DNA of 64,000 nucleotides from contig CAWDNO010000005.1 in assembly GCA_963803665.1 (NCBI GenBank), forward strand, positions 187,204 to 251,203, written 5' to 3'. The position numbers and the translations under genes are program-made. How positions within the stretch are numbered: position 1 is the stretch's first letter; each line of letters opens with the position of its first letter. This document shows positions 9,441 to 19,575 of the stretch, piece by piece. The notes below the pieces were generated by a model. That model searched no databases, was not told where the DNA came from, and saw only the letters and a program-made list of their open reading frames with translations. This DNA is from an uncultured Acidobacteriota bacterium. Its GTDB lineage: Bacteria; Acidobacteriota; Terriglobia; Terriglobales; Acidobacteriaceae.

Positions 9441-11006
9441 TTAGCGTGTGGGCGTGAGTTGATACATCTTGGCCAGCTCACCCTTGATTACTTTTCCGGT
9501 GGGAGTGAGTGGCATTGAAGGGACGAGCAAAATCTGCGACGGCCGCTTGTAAGGCGCGAGGTGTTGCGCCGCGTGTTGCGCTAATTCAGTCTCTGAAGTT
9601 ATTGACGAAGGCGCGAGTTGAACGAAGGCAACTACTTCCTCGCCACCTTCGGCGCCGGCAACCGGGCGTCCAATCACCGCTGATCGGACGACGGCGGGAT
9701 GCGCGTTGAGCACTGCCTCAACCTCGGCAGGGTAAACATTCTCTCCAAAACGAATAATCAATTCCTTGCTTCGGCCCACGATGAAAAGATAACCGCCTTC
9801 CAGCCGGGCAAGGTCACAAGTGTTGAACCATCCTTCGGGATTGATGGCCGCTGCGGTTTCCTCGGGTGCATGGTAGTAACCTTTCATCACGTTCGGGCCG
9901 CGCACCCATAATTCGCCGACTTCTCCGTCAGCCACGGGCAGCTGATTTGATCCGATTAATTGAACTTCGACTCCAGTAAGTACCAGGCCCACGGAAGTGT
10001 CCATACGGCGTTCTCCCACCTTCGCCTGCGCAATGTTGGGAGAACATTCGGTAACGCCGTATCCGTTGTGCAACACCATACCGAATAAGCTCTCCACTTG
10101 CGATTTGAGGGCGGGCACAAGCGGCGCGCCGGAAGACGAAATGATGCGTAGAGCGGGAAATTTGAGCGAGTTCAATCCTTTCAATTTCGCGTACTCCGCC
10201 AGTAAAGAGAACATCCCCGGAGCGCCTAAAACCACCGTCAACCGTTCTTTCTCCAGCGTAGACAGAGCAGCCGCGGGATCAAAACGCCACGCAAGATACA
10301 ATGTGGCTCCGCTCAGCAGAGAACCTAAGAGGACCACGGAAAGTCCGACTGCGTGCGACATCGGCAAAACACCATAAAGGCGATCATCCGCACTCAAAGA
10401 TCGGATCTTGGCTGAAGCCGCTGCGACAAACAGGAGGTTGCGGTGCGTCAGCATGACGCCCTTGGGAAGGCCCGTTGTACCGGATGTGTAAATCAGTGAG
10501 GCGACGCGATGCTCGAATGAAGTATCTATTGGTTCGGGATTGACTGCTTCGTTGAGTGGTCCAATCGCGATCGCACCCACTCCTGGCGCGTCTAGAGTGA
10601 CCGCGCTGTGACGCTTGGCATGCTCTCTGGCGTGCGGCGATACGCTGGTTGTGTAAAGCAGGCGCCGTGCCCCGCAGTGATCCCGGATCTCATCAACCTC
10701 TCGCGCCGAGAGACGGGCGTTCACCAACACGGGCCACGCGTCAAGACCGGCCACGGCAAGCAGAGCTGCAACAAATGCCCGGCAGTTCTCCGACACGAGC
10801 ATGACGCGGTCACCCGGCCGCACGCCCGAATCGATCAACCAAACCTGGGCTTCATAGATTGCGGATGCCAGTTGCCGGTAAGTCCAAGTTCCGGAAGCTT
10901 CTACCAGAGCGGGCCGATCAGGAGATCGTTCCGCCCATGGTTTCACCACATCGCTGATGCGTTCAGGAAGGTTCTCCAGCAAATTGTGGTCATTTGAATC
11001 ATGCAT
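9441..11006 (-). CDS. AMP-dependent synthetase/ligase (acyl-CoA synthetase family)
   Basis: 521 aa. AMP-binding motif IYTSGTTGLPKGVMLTHRNL, plus GYGVTE and a C-terminal TPTGKVIK. Confidence 0.9.
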   Translation of the reverse strand: MHDSNDHNLLENLPERISDVVKPWAERSPDRPALVEASGTWTYRQLASAIYEAQVWLIDSGVRPGDRVMLVSENCRAFVAALLAVAGLDAWPVLVNARLSAREVDEIRDHCGARRLLYTTSVSPHAREHAKRHSAVTLDAPGVGAIAIGPLNEAVNPEPIDTSFEHRVASLIYTSGTTGLPKGVMLTHRNLLFVAAASAKIRSLSADDRLYGVLPMSHAVGLSVVLLGSLLSGATLYLAWRFDPAAALSTLEKERLTVVLGAPGMFSLLAEYAKLKGLNSLKFPALRIISSSGAPLVPALKSQVESLFGMVLHNGYGVTECSPNIAQAKVGERRMDTSVGLVLTGVEVQLIGSNQLPVADGEVGELWVRGPNVMKGYYHAPEETAAAINPEGWFNTCDLARLEGGYLFIVGRSKELIIRFGENVYPAEVEAVLNAHPAVVRSAVIGRPVAGAEGGEEVVAFVQLAPSSITSETELAQHAAQHLAPYKRPSQILLVPSMPLTPTGKVIKGELAKMYQLTPTR

Positions 11007-11085
11007 AAAAGGGGTCAGGAGTGAGTCTGTACTTGCGACGGTTGTGAGCTCATGGCGTTGATCCTTCCCTACGCATCAATTGTGT

Positions 11086-12150
11086 CTAACGCAGTACTGA
11101 TCGTTTTCGCAAAGATTGATGATAGACAGCCGCCATAACCGGTATCGCGACGGCATCCACTTTTCTGGACGTCAAATACTGCAGCCAATTGCAATAAACT
11201 GCTGTCGCCGATGCACGCCAGGTATTTTGCAATGTGTTGACCAGGGCAGCCTCAGGAAAGGCTTCCATAATTTCTTCGCGGCGATCGGACATGACAGTCT
11301 CTCGAAAGTCGGTCAGCAGTATCTTGGCTTGGGCATCAAAATAACCCTTTGGCATGGAAGGATACGTTTCGCGTTCTTTCCTTAGATACCTCTTGATATC
11401 TCTTCGGTATTCTTTTAAGAGGGTCTGCTCACCGTATTCGGGATGGCCTTGGAAATACACGAACAGGCCGGTTTTCTTTTTCTTCACAAAAAGGTCGACA
11501 CCGTTTTCTGCAGACTTAGTCAGGACCGTAAAGCCGCATGCCGTCAGCTCACTTTCGCGTACTTCGTTCCAGCGCGAATGAGGAAACCGCACCACGTCCG
11601 TACAGCGACGCGTCAACGCGTGCTCGCCGCTTTTCCTGAACTCAAAAACGCCAAACTGTTTGTCGCTCAAAGTCTGGCGGGCGATGCCATCGCTGTGCAA
11701 AACGCCGGCGTGAGCAGCGAGGCACGATAGTACAGTCGATGCGCTACTCTGTTCGGCCCAGTCGAGAACTTCCGTGAGCAGAGCCCAGTAAGGCTCATCG
11801 CGCAGATCGGGTCGGCGGGGTTCAGTGCCGGTCATAATGACTCCATCAACCGGGCTGCTCCAAAGTTCATCGATGCTGAAATAAAAACTGTTCAGATGCC
11901 GCCGTCCGCGATCGCTGCGAGGAATTCCGGCCAAAGAATAAAGCTTTAGAAACACCGGAACGTCGCCGGAGGCGATGTCCAGAAGCTCGAAAAACTGCAA
12001 TTCCGTGTCTTCCAGCGCGGCGTCGGGCATGTTGTTGATTAGCGCGAGGCTGAGTGATCCCGCATTTTTGTCGTTCGAAATTTGCGGGCGCAAGTTTCCT
12101 TTTTCCACCCACCGAGTCGGAACTCGCCCACCGTCGATGATCAGTGGCAT
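11086..12150 (-). CDS. metA: Homoserine O-acyltransferase, MetA family
   Basis: Colinear with E. coli MetA (LINNMP.., DGVIMTGTEP, SCLAAHA active-site Cys region, GHPEY). The start is placed at MPLIIDG (ATG 12150) with GGGAGG 5 nt upstream. The longer ORF start at 12234 would overlap metY. Confidence 0.85.
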   Translation of the reverse strand: MPLIIDGGRVPTRWVEKGNLRPQISNDKNAGSLSLALINNMPDAALEDTELQFFELLDIASGDVPVFLKLYSLAGIPRSDRGRRHLNSFYFSIDELWSSPVDGVIMTGTEPRRPDLRDEPYWALLTEVLDWAEQSSASTVLSCLAAHAGVLHSDGIARQTLSDKQFGVFEFRKSGEHALTRRCTDVVRFPHSRWNEVRESELTACGFTVLTKSAENGVDLFVKKKKTGLFVYFQGHPEYGEQTLLKEYRRDIKRYLRKERETYPSMPKGYFDAQAKILLTDFRETVMSDRREEIMEAFPEAALVNTLQNTWRASATAVYCNWLQYLTSRKVDAVAIPVMAAVYHQSLRKRSVLR

Positions 12151-12193
12151 ATGAAACCTCCCACGCTGGTGCGCATTTCCGTTTCGATAAACA

Positions 12194-13471
12194 TCAATGC
12201 GCTGCCTTGTCCAATGCCTGTGAAAGATCCTCAAGTATGTCGTCGATGTGCTCTATGCCCACGCTGAGCCGAATCATTTCGGGCGTCACACCTACCTTCG
12301 CCTGCTCCGCGGGCGTGAGCTGCCGGTGCGTCGTCGACGCAGGATGACACGACAAGGACTTGGCATCTCCCATATTCACCATGCGCTTGAACAAGCGGAA
12401 CGCATTGAAGCACTTTCGCCCGCCCTCATAACCGCCCCTCACGCCGAAGGTCAGCAGCGAGCAGAAGTTCGAGCCGAGGTATCGATGAGCCATCGGATAA
12501 AGCGGATTGTCAGGGAAGCCAACGTAGTTGACCCAGTCAACCGCGGGATGCGCGCGCAAAAATTCTGCTACTTTGCGCGCGTTTTCGACATGGCGCTCCA
12601 CGCGTAAGGCCAGAGTCTGAATTCCCTGCAAAAACAGAAACCCATTAAACGGAGACAGCGTGGCTCCGGTATTTCGCTGGCAGACCGTGCGGCAGCGAGC
12701 GACAAACGCCGCGTCTCCGAAATGATCCACATACACCACGCCGTGATAAGCAATCTCCGGCTTATTGAACATGTAAAACTTTTCCGGATACTGTCGCCAG
12801 GGGAACTTTCCGCTATCCACAATCATGCCGCCAATGCTGGTGCCCCCGCCTCCGATGAATTTCGTCATTGAGTGCACCACCACATCGGCTCCGTACTCAA
12901 TGGGACGCAGCAAAATCGGCGTGGCCACGGTGTTGTCGACTATCAGCGGAACGCCATGTTTGTGCGCCACTCGCGCCAATCCCTCAATGTCGGCCACATT
13001 TCCTGCTGGATTACCAACACTTTCGCAGTACACGGCGCGGGTATTCTCGTCGATCAACTTCTCGACATCTTCGGGGTGATCGCTGGCGGCAAAGCGTGAA
13101 CAGATTCCGCGCTTCGGGAAGATGTGCGCCAGAAGCGTATAAGTCGCGCCGTACAACTGCGGAGTGGAAACGACGTTATTGCCCGCTTCCGCAATATTTA
13201 TTAGCGCATACTCGATGGCTGCCATCCCTGAGCTGACGCTTAGCCCGTCGACCCCGCCTTCGAGCGCTGCCATACGCTTTTCCAGCACTGTGTTCGTCGG
13301 ATTTCCAATCCGCGTATAGATGTTTCCCGGAACTTCCAGATTAAACAGGGCGGCACCATGCTCAGCGCTGTCGAACTCGAAAGCGACCGTCTGGTAAATT
13401 GGCACGGCCACGGCCTTCGTCGTGGGATCACCGTCGTAGCCTGCGTGAATCGCGAGCGTCTCTCGCTTCAT
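12194..13471 (-). CDS. metY: O-acetylhomoserine (thiol)-lyase / sulfhydrylase, PLP-dependent
   Basis: 425 aa. Cys/Met-metabolism PLP family: HAGYDGDPTTKAVAVPIYQT, and the PLP lysine region SMTKFIGGGGTSIGG. Confidence 0.9.
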   Translation of the reverse strand: MKRETLAIHAGYDGDPTTKAVAVPIYQTVAFEFDSAEHGAALFNLEVPGNIYTRIGNPTNTVLEKRMAALEGGVDGLSVSSGMAAIEYALINIAEAGNNVVSTPQLYGATYTLLAHIFPKRGICSRFAASDHPEDVEKLIDENTRAVYCESVGNPAGNVADIEGLARVAHKHGVPLIVDNTVATPILLRPIEYGADVVVHSMTKFIGGGGTSIGGMIVDSGKFPWRQYPEKFYMFNKPEIAYHGVVYVDHFGDAAFVARCRTVCQRNTGATLSPFNGFLFLQGIQTLALRVERHVENARKVAEFLRAHPAVDWVNYVGFPDNPLYPMAHRYLGSNFCSLLTFGVRGGYEGGRKCFNAFRLFKRMVNMGDAKSLSCHPASTTHRQLTPAEQAKVGVTPEMIRLSVGIEHIDDILEDLSQALDKAAH

Positions 13472-13505
13472 TCGGTCTGATCAGCCTTTCAAAAGGATCG
13501 ATTTC

Positions 13506-14744
13506 TTATTCTGCCGTGCTGGCAACTTTGGCCACGAGAGCAGCCGCAGGTTTCTGGACCAGCGCTTTAGTCATGGTTTGAGAAATGCGGCGAGCGGCAA
13601 AACCAGCTCCGAAGGCAAACCGCATAACCGGTCCGAAGCTGACAGCGGCGGCGACTCCTACAAAATAAATTCCCGGTACCGATGACTCGAAACTCGACGA
13701 GAGATCAGGGCTGCCGTCGACCGTTTTAACCTGCGAACGGATTTCAGGACTGAGGAATTTCAATCGTTCCAAATTCACTCTGTAGCCGGTGGCAGCGATG
13801 ATATGTTCGGTGGCAATCTCGCGCTCACTGCCGTCATCTGCCCGGAGGGTTAAATGGACTCGACCGTTCTTCACCTCGGCTCCGGTCGGTGTGCATCCCA
13901 GATACAGTGGCACTTTGCCAATCACTTTGCTGCGAATGAACCATCCGCCCGACGGCCCCAGCGTTTTGCGGACAGCCTCCACGCGAAAACGTTCTGGCAA
14001 ATAGTGAAACACTGAAGGCGAATCGGCAAAGAAACGCGATCGCAAGCCGGGACCAAGTCCGGACTGCGGATGCCGAATTTGCTGCCAGCGGGAGCGCGGT
14101 TTGCCAGTCGGCTGGCTATGAAACTTTAACTCTTGCCTGCGGCTGACAAGTTCGACATAGGCGCCAGCTTGGTGAAGCAATCCAGCCAAATCCATGGCGG
14201 AAGAGCCGCCACCGATGACAACCACATCACGGCCACGAAACGGTTCGACCTCGTGATGACGAGAGCTGTGCGATAGAAATTCCGCCGGCAGATGCGCCAG
14301 ACTCTCGGGCACATAATCGAAGTGGGTAATGCCAACAGCCAGCACCACGGTGCGAACTTGAACTGTTTCACCGTCCGCCAACTGCAACTCGAATCCATCT
14401 CGCAAACGCTGGACGTTCGCCACTAGCTTATCTTCCAGTTCCGGCACCATGCGATCCTTGAAGGCGAGTCCATAAGCAGCGAAGGTTTCCAGGCGAACAG
14501 GCGTACCCGCATGGGCGTACTCAATCCCTCGTTCAGCACAGAACTTTTCTAAAGTGAATGCGCTTTCCGGATCATAGATGTTGGAAGCGAAGCCGTCCGA
14601 CTTAAGCATCATGCCCTTCGGCATGTGCGCCACCCAGCTATCCATCGGCCGGCCAAAAATGCGAAAGGGAACCCCACTACGCCGCAAGTGCGCGGCAACG
14701 GAAAGACCATAAGGACCTGCGCCAATAATTGCAGTAGGCAGCAT
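13506..14744 (-). CDS. FAD/NAD(P)-binding oxidoreductase, class-B flavoprotein-monooxygenase-like (paralog 1)
   Basis: 412 aa. Two dinucleotide-binding motifs (IIGAGPYG, VVVIGGGSSAMD). Colinear with the 17082-18308 product. Confidence 0.75.
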   Translation of the reverse strand: MLPTAIIGAGPYGLSVAAHLRRSGVPFRIFGRPMDSWVAHMPKGMMLKSDGFASNIYDPESAFTLEKFCAERGIEYAHAGTPVRLETFAAYGLAFKDRMVPELEDKLVANVQRLRDGFELQLADGETVQVRTVVLAVGITHFDYVPESLAHLPAEFLSHSSRHHEVEPFRGRDVVVIGGGSSAMDLAGLLHQAGAYVELVSRRQELKFHSQPTGKPRSRWQQIRHPQSGLGPGLRSRFFADSPSVFHYLPERFRVEAVRKTLGPSGGWFIRSKVIGKVPLYLGCTPTGAEVKNGRVHLTLRADDGSEREIATEHIIAATGYRVNLERLKFLSPEIRSQVKTVDGSPDLSSSFESSVPGIYFVGVAAAVSFGPVMRFAFGAGFAARRISQTMTKALVQKPAAALVAKVASTAE

Positions 14745-14959
14745 TAGTGAACAAACACTCCTTTGCGGGTTATTTGTTAATTACTGAAGAAACGGAACGC
14801 GTTTGGGGGATCCGAGGGAGGAAAAATCTGAGGGGAGTAAGTGGATTCTACCACAAGAAGTTGAGGAAACCACAACCAGTAACAAGCTTGTTATCAATGA
14901 TATAGAGAGCCTAGCAGCTCCATCACTCAAAAGAAAAGACGACGTCCGACACCTGCCGG

Positions 14960-15808
14960 TTAGCGCTTGTTGAGCACGCAGACGCCGGTCCAGGGATAAT
15001 TCCCGAAATTACCTTTAGGTTCAGGCAACAAAGACAGCAACTCAACCGGCGCCCGTTTGAAGTGCGCCGCAGTCTTGAGCAATCCCTGAACATCCTTCGG
15101 CTCCCAACCGTGTGATGTGAAAAACTTAGCCCCCTCGAGAGGACCAAACTTGAAGGCCGCCCCCGCTTCGCTGAGTTGCTTCCCGGAAGTGCGCTGCATC
15201 AATCGCAGTTGCCCCGGAGAAGCGAGATCGATAATCCAATTCTGAAAATGCTCCTGAGCTGCGAGGTCTTTGGCTAGCGACGCAACCTCGTCGGCCGCGA
15301 AATAAATAAGCAGGCCCTCACTCGCGACGACGACTTTTGTCGCGCGAGCATTAAAGTCGTTGAAAAGTTTACGCCGACCCACGACGTCCGACAGATCCAA
15401 CGCGACTCGCTCCAACTGGCATCGCGGGTTCTCATTCCCGAGGATTTCCTCTTTATAGGAAACGATGTCGGGAAGATCAACTTCTACCCACTGCAATGTG
15501 GGCGGCAAGTTCATGCGGTAAGGCCGCGCATCAAGTCCCGCCGCAAGATTGACAACTAAGTCCGCGCCGTCGTGAATTGCGCGCGAAAGAAACTGATCGA
15601 ACAGATACGTGCGCGCCACCCAAGCCCATTCGTGCTTGTTGCCGTCGGGCAGAGTACTTGCGATCTGGAATCCGTGCGCGCCGGCCAGACGCTCGGCGTA
15701 TGGATCACGAAACAATGCGTCAGGACGCCGCGTTTCCAGCGCACGAAAATACGCCACCCAGCGAGCAGTGTCAGAGATGCTGCGGACCGTGGAAGTCGAA
15801 TCGATCAT
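14960..15808 (-). CDS. Class I SAM-dependent methyltransferase (leucine carboxyl MT / mycobacterial O-MT-like family)
   Basis: 282 aa. Contains RWVAYFRALETRRPDALFRDPYAERLAG and the SAM-binding region VVNLAAGLDARP. Its start overlaps the stop of the ATP-grasp gene by 1 nt. Confidence 0.75.
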   Translation of the reverse strand: MIDSTSTVRSISDTARWVAYFRALETRRPDALFRDPYAERLAGAHGFQIASTLPDGNKHEWAWVARTYLFDQFLSRAIHDGADLVVNLAAGLDARPYRMNLPPTLQWVEVDLPDIVSYKEEILGNENPRCQLERVALDLSDVVGRRKLFNDFNARATKVVVASEGLLIYFAADEVASLAKDLAAQEHFQNWIIDLASPGQLRLMQRTSGKQLSEAGAAFKFGPLEGAKFFTSHGWEPKDVQGLLKTAAHFKRAPVELLSLLPEPKGNFGNYPWTGVCVLNKR

Positions 15809-17079
15809 TATTTGCTTGCTGGCAGGTCGGCTGGCGCTGAATCGACAGCAGAATGAGTTTCAAGTTTCGCTGCTGATTTCACAAAGTATTTCTTGGTGAC
15901 CAAGTATGGAAGCATCATCAACTCCGCCACGGACGGTAGCGGGTCTTTCAGGCAAAAGACGGATTCGGAGCGAGTGTGTCTAAGAGAACTCCAGTAAGAG
16001 CGCAAATTTAATTCGCCATCCCACAAGTCAGCCGCAGCAGTAGGCAAATCTGTAAGCATTCTAAGCCAGCCCACGCCTGGTCTGGCTCTTCTTCGTTCAA
16101 CCTGAATACCAAGTTGATCGGCATACAGCAGATAAGGAAAGTCCACGCCCGCCGGCCCGCTGATGCTGTGAAATCCCCACGTCCGCGCGTTCACGTCTAA
16201 TAGCTTGAATCGACCATCCCTGGGATCCTGTTTGAACTCTATTTCCACCAGCCCATAATAGTTAATGGCTCCCAGAAAGCGTTCCGAAAGTTCTTCGATT
16301 TCAGGATGTTCGATTGTCTCAACGTAGGTAGCTGCCCGGCCAAATTCTCGAGGATGCTGGCGCAGTCGCTTTGCAACTAGTGTGCTATGCGCTACACCAT
16401 CACGGAAGAAGGCACAATATGAATATTGCCGCTGGCCGTCACCAGGAATAATCTCCTGAATGAGAATCTCCTCAGGCCTAATTTGCTGATTCGCCTTTCG
16501 AAAAACTTCGTCAAGCTGATCAGGCGTCTGCGCGCGCCACGCTTTCGCGCCTGTGGCATAGAAGAAATTCTCTTTTACCGATGGTTTGAGTGCCAATGGA
16601 AGGTGAGCGTACAAATCCTCGAGGTCTCGTTGGCTTCTGGGGTTGAAGGTGCGAGGAACCGGAATTCCCAGCTCTGCGGCAAGGTGATAAGTGTTTTTCT
16701 TGTCCCAAGCCCAGCGCACTGATTCCCAGCATCCCGTGGTGACTCGAAAGAACCTCGCAAGCCGGTCCCGATGACGCGAGAATGCAGCGACCGTTTCATC
16801 TCTGGTTGGGAATAGAATCCAGCCTTTCAGGCCGTAGCGCTCGCCGGCTTCCATCACACTATCAACGGTACGATTCTCATCTCGCAAATCCTTTACCCGT
16901 ACGACCTGCTTTACATATTTGGAGAACTGAGAAATCGAGTGCTGATCATCGATAACGCAGACTGGAACGCCTCTTCGCCCCAGGCTTCGAGCTACTCCCA
17001 ATCCGGGGTGCTCGCCTCCAATGACGACTGCTCCCACTTGCCCTCCACTCTTAATGTTTTCCTGATCGAGGATATTCAC
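15808..17079 (-). CDS. ATP-grasp domain carboxylate-amine ligase-like protein
   Basis: 423 aa. ATP-grasp core: LALKPSVKENFF, ILIQEIIPGDG, GLVEIEFKQDPRDGRFKLLDVNARTWG. Confidence 0.75.
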   Translation of the reverse strand: MNILDQENIKSGGQVGAVVIGGEHPGLGVARSLGRRGVPVCVIDDQHSISQFSKYVKQVVRVKDLRDENRTVDSVMEAGERYGLKGWILFPTRDETVAAFSRHRDRLARFFRVTTGCWESVRWAWDKKNTYHLAAELGIPVPRTFNPRSQRDLEDLYAHLPLALKPSVKENFFYATGAKAWRAQTPDQLDEVFRKANQQIRPEEILIQEIIPGDGQRQYSYCAFFRDGVAHSTLVAKRLRQHPREFGRAATYVETIEHPEIEELSERFLGAINYYGLVEIEFKQDPRDGRFKLLDVNARTWGFHSISGPAGVDFPYLLYADQLGIQVERRRARPGVGWLRMLTDLPTAAADLWDGELNLRSYWSSLRHTRSESVFCLKDPLPSVAELMMLPYLVTKKYFVKSAAKLETHSAVDSAPADLPASK

Positions 17080-17081
17080 GG

Positions 17082-18308
17082 TCAGCGCGTTTTGGGAAGG
17101 TGAGAGACTAGCTCTCGCGAGGCGAACTCAGTACCGGCCACGAAGTAGAGCAAAGGCCCGAAACTCCTTGCTGCTGTCGCACCAATGAAGTACAGGCCCG
17201 GTATGGAGGTGCGGAAACCGCTGGCTAGCTTGGGATAGCCATCAAACTGCTTGATATCTCGAGTAAGTTCCTGCGGAAGAAAATCGTATCGCGATATATC
17301 TACCCGGTAGCCGGTTCCAAGCACAATATGATCCACGCGACGCTCGCTGCCGTCATCGAGTTTAAGGACAACCTCGTCGCCAGATGCTGTGGCTTGCGAT
17401 ACCGTATGTCCGGCCGTGATCTTCACCGCTGATAATCTGACAGGCAGCCACCGAGCTCCCGCAGGCCGCACCGCCCGTTTCCGAATCTTGTCGCGTAGCT
17501 TGAGTGGAACATAGGATACGAGCTTGGGATAGGCAACCAGACGGCTGATGCCGACCGGGCCCACATCATGCGACGAATAAAGCATCGACGAAATCGGACC
17601 CATGTGATGTAACCACGAGTGCTGGCCAATCCAGCGCAGATGGGATTCGCGCACTATTACTTCAACCTGAGCATTCGCCTCGTGAAGAAGAGCTGCCGAT
17701 TCCAGCGCGCTCTGTCCGCCGCCAATAACCGCGACTCTCTTCGCGGCATACTTCCGGACGTTCCGGCCCTCATAGCAATGAATCGCTTGTTGCGGAGAAA
17801 GGTTTTGAAATACTTCAGGCTTTTTCTTGAAGGGACCGATTCCCGCCGCAACCACCACATAGGTTGCGCGAACCTCTTCACCATCTTGCAGAGTAAGCCT
17901 AAATCCAGGTTGGTCCCGGTCAACGTGCAGAACTGTCCTCTGATCCAGGTCTGAACCTAATTGGTGGCGGAACCACTTGCCGTATTCCACAAAGGTGTCG
18001 AGAGGAAGCGGTGCACACGGCTCCTTCTTCGATGCGGCCTCATAGGCTTCGAGAGTGAATGCTCGGTCTGGATCAGACAGACTGGATGCCACGCGCGGCG
18101 ACCGTAGAAGCATGCCCTCCGGCATCTTGTGCGCCCAAAACTCCATCGGTTCACCAAACACACGCACCGCGATGCCTTTCGCCTTGAGGTGAACGCCCGC
18201 AGAAAGCCCATAGGGGCCGGCTCCGATTACTGCAACATCACAGTGGGCTAAACCAGGAACGATGCGGGTTTTAACGGGCATAGCGACAACGCCATTTGCT
18301 CTCACCAC
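17082..18308 (-). CDS. FAD/NAD(P)-binding oxidoreductase, class-B flavoprotein-monooxygenase-like (paralog 2)
   Basis: 408 aa. Contains VAVIGAGPYGLS and VAVIGGGQSALE. Same domain order as 13506-14744. It ends 2 nt before the ATP-grasp start. Confidence 0.75.
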   Translation of the reverse strand: MVRANGVVAMPVKTRIVPGLAHCDVAVIGAGPYGLSAGVHLKAKGIAVRVFGEPMEFWAHKMPEGMLLRSPRVASSLSDPDRAFTLEAYEAASKKEPCAPLPLDTFVEYGKWFRHQLGSDLDQRTVLHVDRDQPGFRLTLQDGEEVRATYVVVAAGIGPFKKKPEVFQNLSPQQAIHCYEGRNVRKYAAKRVAVIGGGQSALESAALLHEANAQVEVIVRESHLRWIGQHSWLHHMGPISSMLYSSHDVGPVGISRLVAYPKLVSYVPLKLRDKIRKRAVRPAGARWLPVRLSAVKITAGHTVSQATASGDEVVLKLDDGSERRVDHIVLGTGYRVDISRYDFLPQELTRDIKQFDGYPKLASGFRTSIPGLYFIGATAARSFGPLLYFVAGTEFASRELVSHLPKTR

Positions 18309-18381
18309 TGGCCTCCTTCTGATTGTTTGCGATTAGCTAAATTTCGGGACTGCTCCTCGAAGCAATAGGTCCGTCGATATC

Positions 18382-19575
18382 TCAAATGGCTGGGACGCTT
18401 CGCGCATCGCTATGATTCGAGCTGACTCCAAGCTGGCAGAGAATTTCGGCGATTCTGTCTCCGGCACGGCCGTCCCAAAGCGGCGGTATAGAACCTGACT
18501 TGGCTTTCCCTTCAATGATCTTGGCGAGTTCGAAATGCAGTTTTCTGTTATCCGAACCAATCAGCGTATTTGTCCCTGCTGTCACCGTGATGGGCCGCTC
18601 TGTGTTCTCGCGCAACGTTAAGCAAGGTACGCCCAAATAGGTGGTCTCTTCCTGAATTCCGCCAGAATCAGTGATGACTACAGTGGCGCGCAGTTGCAAA
18701 GCGAGAAACTCAATATATGGCAACGGACTCAAAAGGTGGAGTTTCGCACCACCGATGCCAAACGCCGCAATGCGCTGCCGCGTCCGGGGATGGACAGGAA
18801 AAACAATGTCCAGCTGCTCGCTTACCTGAAGCAGAGAGTCGAGAATGGTTTTCAGGGTTGCGGGATCGTCTACGTTCGATGGTCGATGCAATGTTACGAG
18901 AGCATATCGATCAGGCAAGTCATTTCTGGAACATTGCCTGGCAGAGGGCAAAAGTCGTATCAAAGAATCGATCATCACGTTCCCGACGCGGTGAATCTTT
19001 TCTGGATCGACGCCCTCGCGTCGCAGATTTTCGTCTCCATCTTCTGAAGGCGTGAAAAGAAAGTCGGCGAGCCGGTCGGTCACGATACGATTAATTTCCT
19101 CCGGCATGGTTAGATCGAAAGAGCGCAGGCCGGCTTCCACGTGACCGACCTTGATCAATAACTTCGCACAGACCAACGCAGCAGCGACTGTGGAATTAAC
19201 GTCTCCATAAACCAGAACAATATCGGGCTTTCGCTCCAACAAAACCGGTTCGAAGCGGGTCATGATCTCCGCCGTTTGCCGTGCATGGCTTCCGGAACCA
19301 ACCTCCAGGTTCACATCCGGCGCCGGCATATCAAGTTGCGTGAAGAAGACATCCGACATGTTGGCGTCGTAATGCTGGCCAGTATGGACTAAGCTCTGAC
19401 GAACCTCGCGTCGACGGGCGAGTGCGCGCATCACTGGCGCAGCCTTCATAAAATTCGGTCTCGCCCCAACTACGTGAAGGAGATGCATCGATTGCTTTGT
19501 GCTCCGATCCGAAGAAGTCATGTGGCGGCCAAGCACCTGCCTAACGGGCTTACCTAGTGTAATTTCTCTAGCCAA
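18382..19575 (-). CDS. wecB: UDP-N-acetylglucosamine 2-epimerase (non-hydrolysing), WecB/WbpI-like
   Basis: Contains MHLLHVVGARPNFMKAAPV, HVEAGLRSFD and TDSGGIQEE. The real start is probably the ATG at 19488 or 19521 rather than 19575. Confidence 0.85.
   Translation of the reverse strand: MAREITLGKPVRQVLGRHMTSSDRSTKQSMHLLHVVGARPNFMKAAPVMRALARRREVRQSLVHTGQHYDANMSDVFFTQLDMPAPDVNLEVGSGSHARQTAEIMTRFEPVLLERKPDIVLVYGDVNSTVAAALVCAKLLIKVGHVEAGLRSFDLTMPEEINRIVTDRLADFLFTPSEDGDENLRREGVDPEKIHRVGNVMIDSLIRLLPSARQCSRNDLPDRYALVTLHRPSNVDDPATLKTILDSLLQVSEQLDIVFPVHPRTRQRIAAFGIGGAKLHLLSPLPYIEFLALQLRATVVITDSGGIQEETTYLGVPCLTLRENTERPITVTAGTNTLIGSDNRKLHFELAKIIEGKAKSGSIPPLWDGRAGDRIAEILCQLGVSSNHSDARSVPAI

Noticed and set aside
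10446-10460. A 13-nt match (gacgcccttggga) between the acyl-CoA synthetase gene and the right arm of the inverted repeat.
   Set aside because: It is too short, lies inside a coding region and has no flanking similarity. It is a chance match.
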